From: Octopus vulgaris
Lineage: Eukaryota
Assembly: GCA_951406725.2 (NCBI GenBank)
Contig: OX597825.1
Coordinates: 31,868,001 to 31,932,000, forward strand
DNA length: 64,000 nucleotides
Direction: 5' to 3'
The notes beneath the pieces are model-generated. The model was given only the letters and a program-made list of their open reading frames with translations, was not told where the DNA came from and did not search any database. Every line of letters begins with the position of its first letter. Position 1 is the stretch's first letter. Positions 37,874 through 50,619 of this stretch are shown in pieces. Both the position numbers and the translations under genes were made by a program.

Positions 37874-40161
37874 TGTGTGTGTGTGATACCAAAGAAATAA
37901 CTAAGAAGTTGGCCATTGGTCCCCTATTACAAGCATTGGTTTATCTGCATGTGGCAAAAATACTAAACACATGAGCACTAAGTATTTGAGACCAACGTTC
38001 GGTGCTGCAGGGTCCTACAGTTCACAGCTGTATGGCGGCAAGTGTGTAACCTTGATGAGTATCCATTAGCTTGATATTGCATTCTATGCTCTCATCCCAT
38101 CCCCCCTCTCTCTCCCATTGAACACATATTCTTTGGGAGAGTTAGGTACTGTATCAGCAACTATCCTCTTAAAACCTACACCACTGCTGAAATTAATGAC
38201 ACAAGAAGTTGTGAAATCAAATTATTTGAAATATCATGCAGTATAATAAGTGGTTTCATATGTGCGAGTATGTTTAATGCTTGAAACGTATTTAGTTTTG
38301 CTGTTGAATAATGATACTGAGGTAAAAAATTTTGCTGAGTACTTTTAACAAGCCATTTCACTGATAACACCATGTCTTGAAGAGAAGACCAATAAGTCCC
38401 AAAAGTACTTGCTACATTGTCAGCTACATGACTTGATTAAAATAGAATTTACAATCAGTGTTGCAGGCCAAATAAAGCTCAATTAATGATCCATTATCTG
38501 GTCATCAAATACCTTATAAACTTAACCATTTTTATTTAGTAAAGTAAATGTAAAATATGTTTTAGAGCTTTGAAGTTTAATTCTCATTCCATTGTATAAA
38601 TCTTATAATGGATTTAAATTTACTAAAGATCTGGTACATACATTACTTAACTAAGGTTTGTAAAATTGAGTGAAAGACAACTGAAACACCTACAGTAAAT
38701 AAATCTACTATGTCTGAATTTCAATTTATTACTTTCACTTTGTTGCCCTATTAAAGACCTGATTTTTAACAATGGTCTCTTTTACAATGGCCCTAACACA
38801 TGTTGTACCTGGTTGTAGTTAGGGGCTTCAAATAGTTATGTTCTACTGAATAGAGTGAGCCAACTGATAAATTGTTTCTGACATCATAGGTAGTGTGAAT
38901 AAGGTAAACTTTCTCTTTCTGCTTGAGAAAATTCAAGCCTCCTGTTGGCTTTTCTCTATTTATTCTGCTACAACTGTACTGTAACTATTTTCTTTTATGT
39001 CCAATTGCTACACAATTATACATCCACTTGAAGTTTCTCAATACACCTGCTTGTATACATTTTGCTACTATTTCTCTTCTGTTTCTCTCTTGTTGAACTA
39101 AATGTTATAGGCAATCTTTATTGCAAAATCTAGTGGCTTACTTTCCCAAATGAAATGGAATGATCTGAGTGATTACAGTACTGGACTACTAGCTGCTCAA
39201 ACGACTTGACTTTATCACTTGCATTTCTTTGAGTATTTGAACAGATCAATTATTTTTTTATTGCCTTAATCCACCTACTCTGAGAATGTTGTCTGGCATT
39301 ATATCCAAGGAGAAATTTTTCTCTCCCATGCATCTTATCACCTTTACAACCATTTGTTTTTGTTTGTTCTCAATTTTACATTTTCTCAGTTCCAAGTTCT
39401 TGCGAATGCTTTGAGGAATGATCTTCAATGTTAATCTACATTGCATTAAATATGCAGAATGTCTCTAAAGTGAGATCATTGATGATATTTAAATTTCAGA
39501 GAGAAAAATAGAAACTATACAATCTTTTATGTACTTTTAGTAAAGTCAAAACAAAATAAATTTGAATACAAAAATACATAATATAATCAATAAATTTAAG
39601 AATTTCTTCACTCTAGTCACAATGTGCATAGATATGCAAATATTTCATTCTAGTATGTTTTAATGGCATTTAAATTTCAATCCATCACACTCAAATTTCA
39701 TCTGATTCATCTGTTCATCAAACTGAAGTGTTGTTTTACAAATGCTTCAAAGGAATTGGTTCATAAGGAACTTCAAAAGAATTTCAGCTTTGTACATACA
39801 TATTTGAACTCTGTGGATATCATTTTGTACAAGTTCACAAAATTTATAGCAGACACAATCAAATAAGTGTTATAGGATCCAGTAAAGTTAGGGACCAAAA
39901 AGGCCACATATCCTTCTCCTCCTAAACTATCCTGTCGACATAACCTTTGAAACTAGCTACTTTGAGCATGTAACCTATAGCAGAAGCATTTATCATTGCC
40001 ACATCAAATATACAAATGTTGTCATGAGAGGATTTTCATGTCTGTCTGTCAGCATCTGAAAGGCACATTTATAGGGTTAAAATACATTAAGTGTTGTAGA
40101 CCATTTTTCATCACCTAAATTCTCAACAGTTTTCTTGTTCAATTTCCTTTTCCTTCTGTAA

Positions 40162-40361
40162 CCCTTTAACATTTAGATTACTCTGTTAATCGTAATGCTC
40201 ATTCATTCACATGGTTTTCAATTAATTATGCATTATCATACAGCTTCAAGATTTTGATGATGTGATTGCTTATTTTGGTGGGAGAGGCTGCATCTGGTTA
40301 GTTTGAACATAAAACAGGTAAAATACTTGTGCCAGCTATGGCCGGTTTAAATGTCAAAGGG
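40162..40361. mobile_element. TTAA MITE family 1 copy, opposite orientation
   Basis: CCCTTTAAC...GTTTGAACATAAAACAGGTA...GGCCGGTTTAAATGTCAAAGGG is the reverse complement of the 17560 copy. Confidence 0.75.
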
Positions 40362-42100
40362 TTACACTTTCTTCTAATTAAAAAAACTTCTGTTTAAACT
40401 TAAAGCTAATACAATCCTACATTTATTTTTTGTAGTTGTAGTTCTGCTTGTCTGTTCTTATATGTTCCTGTCGTCTGGGTCACCTTTATTAAAAATGTAA
40501 TATTTTACTTTACCCAAATTTTATTTTCACTCCTTTCGTCACAAGCTTTTACAGCTATCACTTTCATGTATGTGTATTTAAGCACCAGCATGGTCATATA
40601 GTTAAATTCCCTCCAGAACCATGGGGTTTACGGTTTATTACCTCTGTATGGGCACTGTCCACTGGTATGTTCTTTTATTGCTGTAAGTTGACTTATTGAT
40701 AGACAGAAAGAGTAAGAAACCCATTGTATACGTGTGTGTGCATGTATGGATATGTTTGTGTGAGAGAAGGTTTTACTTTCCTCTCAACATTTACACACAA
40801 ATTGGAAACAGCATTCTTTATACAATGTCATTTGTTTACAATCTTCTACAAAAAACATGTTCAGCCTAATTAAAGGACAAAGGTGAAATATTACTTTGTC
40901 TGGGAACTGGTGAGGGTTAGCAACAGAAACATGTGGTCATAGAAAAATCTGCTTCAACAAGTTTCATTTGACCCATGCAAGCATGGAAAAGTGAATGTTA
41001 AAATGATGTCTGTCGTGTGTGTGTGTACTGCTGAAGTCCATATATTCTTAGCAGGCCTTCTTTTACAATGCCTTATGTTCTTAAGATTCTCTAAGCTGTA
41101 AAAGTCATGGCCATACTGGAATACAGCCATCAGGTGTGGTAATTTTTATGGTGTAGAGGAGTTAATGCTTGACATTTTAATTGCTGTGTCAAACGTCATC
41201 TCTGACAACAATCTTTTGTTCTTTAAGGACAAAAGGATTTTATATCTTATATTGATAGATCTCTTATTGACCATGATGAACTTTAGTTTCTCCATACAAA
41301 TGACACTTTTATCATTACTGAATTGAGTAATTAAATAACTTACTTCTGGCCACCACAAACCTACATCAGTCAAACTATCACACTACCTCAGCCCACTTTC
41401 AGTTTGCATCCACTGTTTGGAGTATCAGTGATTTCACTGTCCTGGAACTGATGGTTGATTAGCAGGCTAACTGATAATACCACTTCATATCCCTCTCTCT
41501 CTATCTCTCGCTCTCATTGACCTTTTTTTTTTTTTTTCTAATACTGGATAACTACCTTCCTTTCAGACAGGAAGGACTTGTCTACTAGGCTGACTGTAGT
41601 GGCTTAAGTATGTCTTTTTAGGGCAACACAAATGCAACCAAAGTTTTAGAGTGGTTGGTAACAAGGTGATATTTTTACCTAAAAGCAGGAATCAAAACTG
41701 GATTCAGTATTTTACCTGCTGAAATGTTCAAAGAATTTCAGCAATAATAATGAAAAGCTACATTCTGTGCTCGTCATCATCAACGGTAACAGCAGCAGCA
41801 GTAGTAGTAGTAGTAGTAGTGTATGTCATTAATACAAACAATAGTTGTAGCAGTAGTGATAGCAGTTTTCCATGTATATAGTAGCTCCAGTATAGTAAGA
41901 TATTAATTGTTTAATAGTAGTAGCAACAGTACTTGTTGTTTAACCTTAGGCTATTTTCAGCTGTGTTATCCAGTGTGTCCTTCCTTTTTTTTTTTTAAGC
42001 GTGTTATTTGAGGGAAGATTTGGCTGTTATTTCTATCAAGTTTGACCAGTTCATAAAGGGTCCCTGGCCAGCTCATAATTTTAATATTTCAGATTTATGT

Positions 42101-42170
42101 ATTATTATTATTATTATTATTATTATTAGTTGTAGTAGTAGTTGTTGTAGTAGTAGTAGTAGTAGTAGTA
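42101..42170. repeat. (ATT)n(AGT)n trinucleotide repeat
   Basis: Direct reading. Confidence 0.9.
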
Positions 42171-43092
42171 AATATTTTTATCATTGCTATTTTAGTTTTA
42201 GCTATTTTCATGTTTCACCTTAGATAAGGTGGAGGGGTGGGGCTAGCTTTACATGTATTCTGCTAATCTTGCTTTTCTTTTTAATTCTGGATTATAAAGT
42301 TAGCCATGTACTTGCTTGTAAGGGCACATCTTAGTTTTTAAAATTAGGGTTTTAAGCTTGACCTCATTGATTAAGGTTATATAGATAAGTTGCTCCCACC
42401 CCCTCACACACACACATGGACACATACATGAGCACTAGTCATCAAATTGTAGTGTTTAGTTTAGATAAATGAAATGTAGCTTGTGACTGTATGAGTACTT
42501 ACGAATTGAAGGCCTTGAGCCACTGTGATGATTCAGTGTCTATCATCTAGAATGTGTATATGTATGTAATGATGACGCTATGTGCCTTGTATAGAAAACA
42601 GTTCAAGGTAGGCCTTAGGCTGTGTGATAATATATACCACTGCAGCATGTCAAAAGTTGTGCGTGCTGAAATGGAATGAATTGTGAATATACATTGTATG
42701 TCCTACATGAATCTCACTGTAAATTGGTTGATAAAGCTATCAGTAGGATAAATTGTACTGATTTGGGAGATCTGGTTGTGTGTGCTACAAGGAAAGTTTG
42801 ATGGTTGTCAGGTAAGAGGTTTTAGGCCAAGGGGTTTTTAAGTGAATAGATTAGAAAATTATTTGTGTTAGTGAAGTCTTAAATGTGAGAAAAAGACAGC
42901 AAATTAAAGAGGAATGCAACAGAGGAGAGTAGCTATTAATAATAGTTTATTGGACAACTTGCTGGAAGGTTGACTGTTCTGGAAATCACCAGCTCTCCAT
43001 TACAAAATACTGAACTGTCAAAGGCCTAGTTCTCCTAATTATTAATCTCAACAAAGAAGTTATGAAGTTCTCGGTACAATTCCTTTCATTGT

Positions 43093-43242
43093 TCATCGTT
43101 TAACATCCATCTTCCATGCTAGCATGGGTGGGACAGTACCACAAGAGCTGGCCAGGCAGAAATCTGCACCAGACTTTTGTGACTGTTTTGGCAGGATTTT
43201 TATAGCTGGGTGCCCTTCCTAACGCCAACAACACAGCAGAGT
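43093..43242 (-). mobile_element. RTE-type 3' end fragment
   Basis: CATCGTTTAACATCC...CCATGCTAGCATGGG...GCCCTTCCTAACGCCAAC. Confidence 0.7.
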
Positions 43243-46200
43243 TTCATGTGACTAAAATCCTTTTTTTTTTTTTTTAAATCACTTAATCCAAAAGAGGAAG
43301 GGCAGTTTCAATAACCCTCTTTTCAGACTCTAAGATTGGTATGATGAACAGAGGAAGTTACACTCAGATTGAAGACTTGGCCCAAATGCTTGGATTTGTG
43401 AATAGATTCTGCTAAAGGCTTCCAGTGGCCATGTGGTGGTGTTACACTGGTATAGGTAATGCAAGATCATAGATTTAAATGATTAATTGGGATGCAATAC
43501 TCTTTTCATTTCCTCTACAGAGAAATATTTTTTTAAAAACCCTGTATAGACATGAGGCCTGACTGGAGTGATGGACACTTTTCCTGCAAGTGAAATTTAA
43601 CCCAAATTAAAATTTAAAACTGTTGCTTAAGTTATTAAAATCTCATAAAAATAGTTGAAGTCATTACACTGGTCTAACAGTACAGAAACCAAATGTAATA
43701 ACCATCATTATGGAGACCTTGTATTTTGCAAAGGATTAAATATAACATTATAGGTAAAACTAATGTGCCATATTTTCCAGCATACAAGTCAACATAGTAT
43801 GTGGTGTAAACATTCAAACATCTTCACTATCTTTTCAAATTCTGCTGCATTTCACATGGAATTTTTGGTCCTTCAAGGTTGTCATGATGTGTAAATTGAT
43901 TTACCTTTTTTGACTGTAAATTTGGGTCTGAAAAATTCAACTTTTATGTTGGAAAATATAGTAATGCTACTGTTGATGATGAGATTAACTGAAGTTACTA
44001 CTTAATGCAAGGAAATAAATTCTGAAGATCCTCTCAACATTTGAAAATGTATTTGTCGTCAAATAGATTTAAGTGCAAAGTAAACATAACAGCCATAAAT
44101 GGCAATTCTGCTACAGCCATTGTGTCGAGTAATTAAGCACTATTGTAGGCATCTACACATGAAAAATCATTGCTTCAAAAATTAGTACACAACTATTTCT
44201 GAATGTGTAGTACTTTGTACACTCTAATCTAGCTTTTATAGTTGAGTGGATAACGAACATTCTAATTATGTTTCAATTATGAGAAAGAGAGGAATTCCCT
44301 CTTTCCAGGCTCTTTAGCCCATTTTAAAAAGTTTATTTATTTATTGGCAGGAAGAGTCTGTTTATATTAGATTATCATGAATATCATCTATAACCATTTT
44401 CAGGAAGCACTGTTTCTACTCATATATTATGTTGGTTAGGTTTGAACGAAGAAACTATTTTTCAAATGTTAAAGTTTTTTAGCATGCTCATCCACTATAC
44501 TTACTGTGTAGTAACAGCTTGTCTATAAAAATACATAAAAATTTCATAATAACTGATTGGTTCAAATGGTTGATGTCTTTATATTCTGGTATAAAAAGAC
44601 ATAACATGTTTTTAATCATATGCTCCTCTAAACTGGTATTAAATGAAGAATGAGAATAAAGAAATGATACTGCTAGGAATGTGGTACAAGCAATTCCAAA
44701 GGCTAATCTTTGGTAATGGTAACAACAAAAATAATTTTGCATCCTATTTTTCTTGTCATAGAACTCTTTGAGGCAGTGTTTTATAGCCAAATGCTCTTCT
44801 TGACTATAACCCTTTGGTTTCCTCTTAGACAAGAATGCAATCTACTTATTCTAAATATCAGAATTTACAGGAAATATATCATAATAAATTTGCTAATGTG
44901 ACTGAGTTTTCAGCTAAACACAATATTAGTTCTATATAGCATAAATTCTGAAGGAAATACAATGTCAGAAGGGGCATAGTGTTAGGTTCTTTGCTACAGA
45001 GTCTGAATGTTGGTTCTGGTATAGTGCCAAACTTTTAATGTCCCTTCCCTTCTGTCTAATTCACTTCTTTTACTTGTAGGTGTGTAGTATTATGGTCCTT
45101 CTTCTAGGTTGTCAATTCTATCGATCTGTTGAAATGTCCCATATGTCTTGGAGTGGAATGTCTATTTGCTATAGGGCTACAGATCATAAAAGAATTTTAA
45201 CCCCAGCACTGCAGGCTAACAAAATTAAATTAGTGGCATCTTTCTCACTAATTTGAGCAGACTTAAAACAATTTTGTGAACTACCTTCCTTCTTCAGATT
45301 AAATGGCACAATAACACAAGATTTGTTGGCAAAGAATTGAACTCCATACATAACTGGTATCTATTTTGTTATTAATATTGAAAAAGGCATACTGTAAAGT
45401 CAGTCTCCGCTGTATTTGAACATTTGGTTATATGGTATCAAAACTAGATACACAGTTTAATACCTTACCATTTCTGGCATTTCAGCTTTTCCATCAGATT
45501 AAATAATAATAAATAAAAGAATTATGTATTCTCTTCTCATTGTTGTGAAGTTACAAATCTGATTGAGCAGACTTATTCTTCTTTTCACTATTTATGGTAA
45601 GGAATTGTACCATTTTGTGATACTTATTTATAACTGTAGATGGTCTGTGCTGTTGATAGGTAAGTTGGGTATTATGCTTTTGCCAGCTACACCACAGAGT
45701 CGCAATGGTGATCGGATACTAGCTTTGGATAATATGACTAATAGCTTACTACCTTAATACCTTGTTATTCTTACTCTCCATACTAAAGCACTGAACCTTA
45801 TTTTCCTCCCCTGCTCTCAACTATCTTTGTTATTCCACTTGGCAGCAGTACAAGAACAAAAAGAATGATTTACTGAAGGAATAAAGCACGAACTGGAGGC
45901 TGACAGCTAGATTGTTGGTTTATAGTTCCATGGTCTAATTCTGGGATTTGATTTTAGGTGTGTGAATGACTGGATATAAAATAGTATAAAACCTTGATGA
46001 TTTATTTCTTCAACAATTACCAGCTAAGTATGAATATAGAAAAACAAAAAAAAACCCAGCTTTTTATTAACGCTGAGAGAAATCAATTTATTCAGTGTTT
46101 TCGATTTAAGAAACCCTAACACTGGATAAATAAAATGTGTCTTATACATGACTCATGAGATAATCTATCTGAAATCTATCAAATGCTTATATGATTTGTT

Positions 46201-46510
46201 TTGATTTTGATTATATATTTTTTTAATTTTGTGAAAGTGTTAAAGGAAATTTAGTGAAAAACTTGCTCTCCTACAATTTTAGTTAATCTCTTAGGGATTA
46301 ACTATTATCTACCTTTTAGTTAATGATAGTCTATTTTCCTATACAATTTAATCTCTTGCTGGGTTTTAATGAGGCTAATAAACACTGCTTGGTCTTATTT
46401 ATTACCATTTCCTTGTCTCAGGAGCATTAATGACTAAAAAAATATTTTTTAAATTAAAGAAAAAACAAACTAGTTTCTTTAGTACTTTGGATAAACTCAT
46501 GACAAAACAA

Positions 46511-46902
46511 TTACTCTTTTACTCTCTTTTACTTGTTTCAGTCATTTGACTGTGGCCATGCTGGAGCACTGCCTTTAGTCGAGCAAATTGACCCCAGGAC
46601 TTATTCTTTGTAAGCCTAGTACTTATTCTATCAGTCTCTTTTGCTGAACTGCTAAGTTACGGGGACGTAAACACACCAGCATCAGTTGTCAAGCGATGTT
46701 GGGAGGACAAACACAGACACACAAACACACACACACATACGACGAGCTTCTTTCAGTTTCTGTCTACCAAATCCACTCACAAGGCTTTGGTTGGCCTGAG
46801 GTTATAGTAGAAGACACTTGCCCAAGGTGCCACGCAGTGGGAATGAACCCAGAACCATGTGGTTCGTAAGCAAGCTACTTACCACACAGCCACTCCTACG
46901 CT
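46511..46902 (-). mobile_element. tRNA-derived SINE family A, full length
   Basis: Reverse complement of the 22103 copy from the TTACTCTTTTACT tail to the ACCACACAGCCACTCCTACG head. Confidence 0.9.
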
Positions 46903-47186
46903 TTCTTCACTTTTTACATTTGCAGGTCGTTTCATTAGAAATTTATCTAGAGAAGTTTACTTTTTACTGCCTTTCAAATTTTTGAAACCTGGTGATATAT
47001 AATGGTAATATTTCTTGTCTTAAAAAGAAACATCTGAAGTTTAGTGTTTATTTATCCAGTTTTCTGTTCATTTGCTTTACTTTTGTAGAAAAAAATGAGC
47101 ATGTATATATACTGTACAAGCATAACTATCAATCTATCTATCTAATGCAGTGTAGAGCACTCATTTTCATCAGTCAACATTTACGA

Positions 47187-47523
47187 TGGGCCTCACGGAG
47201 GCAAAGTGGCTGAGTTCTTTTTGAGTGTTGGGCCTCACAGAGGCAATGATCAACACCTTTGGCATTATGTTGTGCTTGAGAAGAAGACCCATCAAACTTA
47301 GCAAAATTGCAGTCATGGCAGATACTGGTGTCACACAAATTGGCACATAAAAGCAGTCCTTACACTCTCAGAGTGGTTGGCATTAGGAAAGGTATCCAGC
47401 CATAGAAAACCATGCCAAATCAGACTGGAGTCTGGTGCAGCCTTTCAGCATGCCAGTCCAGTCAGATCATCCAACCCATGCCAGCATGGACAACAGATGT
47501 TAACTGATGATGATGATGATGAT
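47187..47523 (+). mobile_element. RTE-type 3' UTR fragment with internal direct repeat
   Basis: GGGCCTCAC.GAGGCAA occurs twice, then GTGCTTGAGAAG (shared with 7130), the conserved tail and (GAT)n. Confidence 0.8.
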
Positions 47524-48107
47524 TATATATATATAATAGACCTGAAATGTGATATTTATTCATAAAATATTTGTTATTACTTTTGGAGATTTAGGAGAAT
47601 GACTTTTGGAAAATTAATTCCCAATAATTAATTCCCAATGAGTGACATTTTTGAAATACTCAGTTTTGCTTCCCCAGATCACTTTTTGCAATTTTAATTA
47701 CATTTTAATTTAGAGAAACATGAAAAATAAATATTTACATGAAATTATTTCTTTGAAAATTTCCGTTTTATTTTGAGGATTAAGTATTTACAGGATTTTG
47801 TACTGTGAATTTCCGCTCCTACTTCAAGACAAAAATCTGCACAAGCCTCAGCTCATACAGCAAATTACTTGTACAATGGTGCACTTGTGCATTCTTTTAA
47901 GTTCTGAGTTCAGATACCAAATGGGTTGTCTTTTGCATTTGTTTCATGTTCATCATTAATATATATGTACAAATAACATACTGGAAATAAATGAATTGAT
48001 TATGCTCCTACTTTCATAAATGCATTACCTTGTAGCAGTGTAAGAAATCATTAATTTTTGTCTTCTCTCTTTTCTTTTAGTATTTGTTTTAGAGATTTGT
48101 CCTTTGA

Positions 48108-48270
48108 CTCTTCAGCATCTAAACCAACCATATCCAGCTTCTCACTCATTCCCTACAATGTCATTCTAAAAATAAACAATATCGTGAAACCATGAGATAA
48201 TTCATACTTAATTCAAAATATTGTGAATATATAAGTTTTGTACTTGATTGAATAATCTAAATGCTAAAGA
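48108..48270. mobile_element. TTAA MITE family 1 copy, decayed, about 110 bp upstream of the DENND4 ATG exon
   Basis: CAGCATCTAAACCAACCATATCCAG...CCTACAATGTCATTCTAAAAATAAACAAT...AATCTAAATGCTAAAG is shared with the other copies. Confidence 0.65.
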
Positions 48271-48377
48271 AAGAGTGGTTGATTTTGTATATTTTTACAG
48301 TCGGATTCTTTGCTGTGCATTGTCTGAAATTAAATAATTCATAATTCTTATCTCATGTTTATTTTTTTTATTTTTAG

Positions 48378-48673
48378 ATGGATGAACGTAGAGTTGCCGA
48401 TTATTTTGTGGTAGCTGGACTACCTGAAACACCTTCACCACTGGAAGAATCCACAAATGAAAGCATTATTAAACAAACACATAAACAAGATCCAATCACC
48501 GACATATGTGTCATCAATAAATCCTTAGCTGAAAAAGAACCGAAGGGTTATGTTTGTCTTGAGCGAACGCAAACTGGCTTTCTTGCAGACCTCAACCATG
48601 GTAGCATACGTTGTTCAGAAATGTACATTTGTTACCGAAGAGGCAGGGAGAAGCCACCATTAACAGATATTGG
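48378..48673 (+). CDS. DENND4: DENND4/Crag-family Rab GEF, first coding exon (start of MABP domain)
   Basis: Translation [15 protein letters not shown]...PITDICVI...ADLNHGS...[17 protein letters not shown] matches the recalled N-terminus of DENND4A/B/C and Drosophila Crag ([11 protein letters not shown]; YLCYRRGRDKPPLTDLG). Polypyrimidine tract and TTTTAG acceptor directly precede the ATG. Donor GG|GTAATT with GT at 48674 (phase 2). Confidence 0.95.
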
Positions 48674-48794
48674 GTAATTATTTCTTTTTTATTTTTATTT
48701 ATTTTCACCTGCCCCTCTATCATACTTTTTAACCTTACATCACCCAGCATAAAGCTACCTCCCTCAGCACTATACCTTCTCAGCCATGGATCTC

Positions 48795-49013
48795 AGCTAT
48801 GTCTTGTGAGTTACTTGGTGACCTCACAAGTGCCTGTGTTATGTGAAAAAGAAAGTATCCAGTCCACACTCTGTAAAGCAGCTGGCATTAGGAAGGGCAT
48901 CCAGCTATAGAAACCATGAGCATATGTTAGAGCTTGGCACAGTCTTCTGGCTCACTGACTCCTGTCAAACTGTCCGACTCATGCCAGCATGGAAAATGGA
49001 CGATGATGATGAC
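48795..49013 (+). mobile_element. RTE-type 3' end fragment in DENND4 intron
   Basis: GGCATTAGGAAGGGCATCCAGCTATAGAAACC...CATGCCAGCATGGAAAATGGACGATGATGATG. Confidence 0.75.
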
Positions 49014-50619
49014 ATACACTTACTACAGTATTTGTTATTCTAAGTGAGCAGATTTTACTTCTATTTGAGACTTCGCCACTTCAAAGTAATATTAATGATT
49101 TCAAAATGAGACTTTGCTCTTTCAGACTGGGAATAGCAATTTTGAAAAGAGATTAACACAAAAGGCTTTGTTTAATAGAAAATATAACACTTTAACCTCA
49201 TTTGTAATGTCAAAATGGCCTGGTTAATTATAAGCATTCATCAACCAAGCGCTGAGACAAAAAGCTCATATGGTTGTAATATCTTCCGGTTTTTTAGGGA
49301 GAAATATGGCAATGGCTCCCAGTGCTAATTTTCTGAGAATCTTATCTTGGGTGTGTGACTTTTCTAATGTCTGCAGTATTGTTAACTACTTCTGCACAAG
49401 TGTTTGGTAGGATAAGTTCCAATTTTAGTGCACATACTGTGTATGAGAATCTATGGAATTAAGCTTAAGCAAATATACTGGCAGACATTTCAAGCAGCAG
49501 TTATGAATACCTTGATTAAAAACTTGGAGAAAGGCTGCATTGTTGAACATTTAATATTATTCCTGATATTGAAAATGTTTAGTTTAATGACAAAGAAAGT
49601 TTTCAAACTGCAGGTAAGGCACATGAATATGAAGTTTATTCAAGATCACCTCCTCTATGCTTCATACAGCAGCAATGAAATTGAGATTTTTTTTCATTCT
49701 TGCTCATGAACAGTTCTAATTGAAGGCTGGCTCCTTAAGGATCAGCTATGAGCAGTGTGAAAGTTAAAAACCAATTTTATATAACAAAAATTTCTGGTTT
49801 TTCATAGAGAATAGCACTTGTCAAATATTATCCTTGGGCATTAGAACCAGGTTTTTTCCCCTTTGTTATCAGAATGCCATCTGTCACTTACAAGTGGTTT
49901 TTGTGGTGGCAAATCCAATCAAATGTCCTCATTTATCTTTTGTGAAGTGATTAATGATGAATTATTATTTATTGCCTTGCACAAATGGGCACACATCTCA
50001 CCAACCTTCATATTGTGTCTCCTGTCTCATTTATCATTTTCATAATGTCTAAAATTATTCCATTTTGCAATCTTCAAATTAATACCTAGCCCAAGCAAGG
50101 TCCTTGTATGTTGTTTGGTTCCTGATCATAATGACCTTTGAGCTGACTGTGGCAGCTATTGGATACAGGTGTCTTCTTTGTTCCATGACCACTTGATGCT
50201 ATTTGTTGAGATGTTTAAAAAATATGCTATTTAAAGAATAAGCAGTTTAAATGAGTTTAAGTTCTGATTAAATAACATATGTTTACTTAGAATTACAAAT
50301 ACTGTAATGTCTTATTAACTTACCGATACCAACCTGCCTGAGATCACTCCTAATTCTGTTATCAGCTTCCCCGTTTTAATGTGATCTAAATTAAATTAAC
50401 TTGAAATTTTTATAGAAAATTTTAAGTTCCAAACACCAGATTAATGATGACAAAATTATTTTATTAAATTCATCATTTTCAAAATCAATTGAAATTAATT
50501 GAAACCACGTGTGTCAACAGATTTTGAAAAATTTGGATGTTGCTTGTGAGATTATCAACTTTTGGAGAACCAAGCTCTATGTTAGTGCAGTTTTAAAACT
50601 CTTATAACCTTATTGTTTT

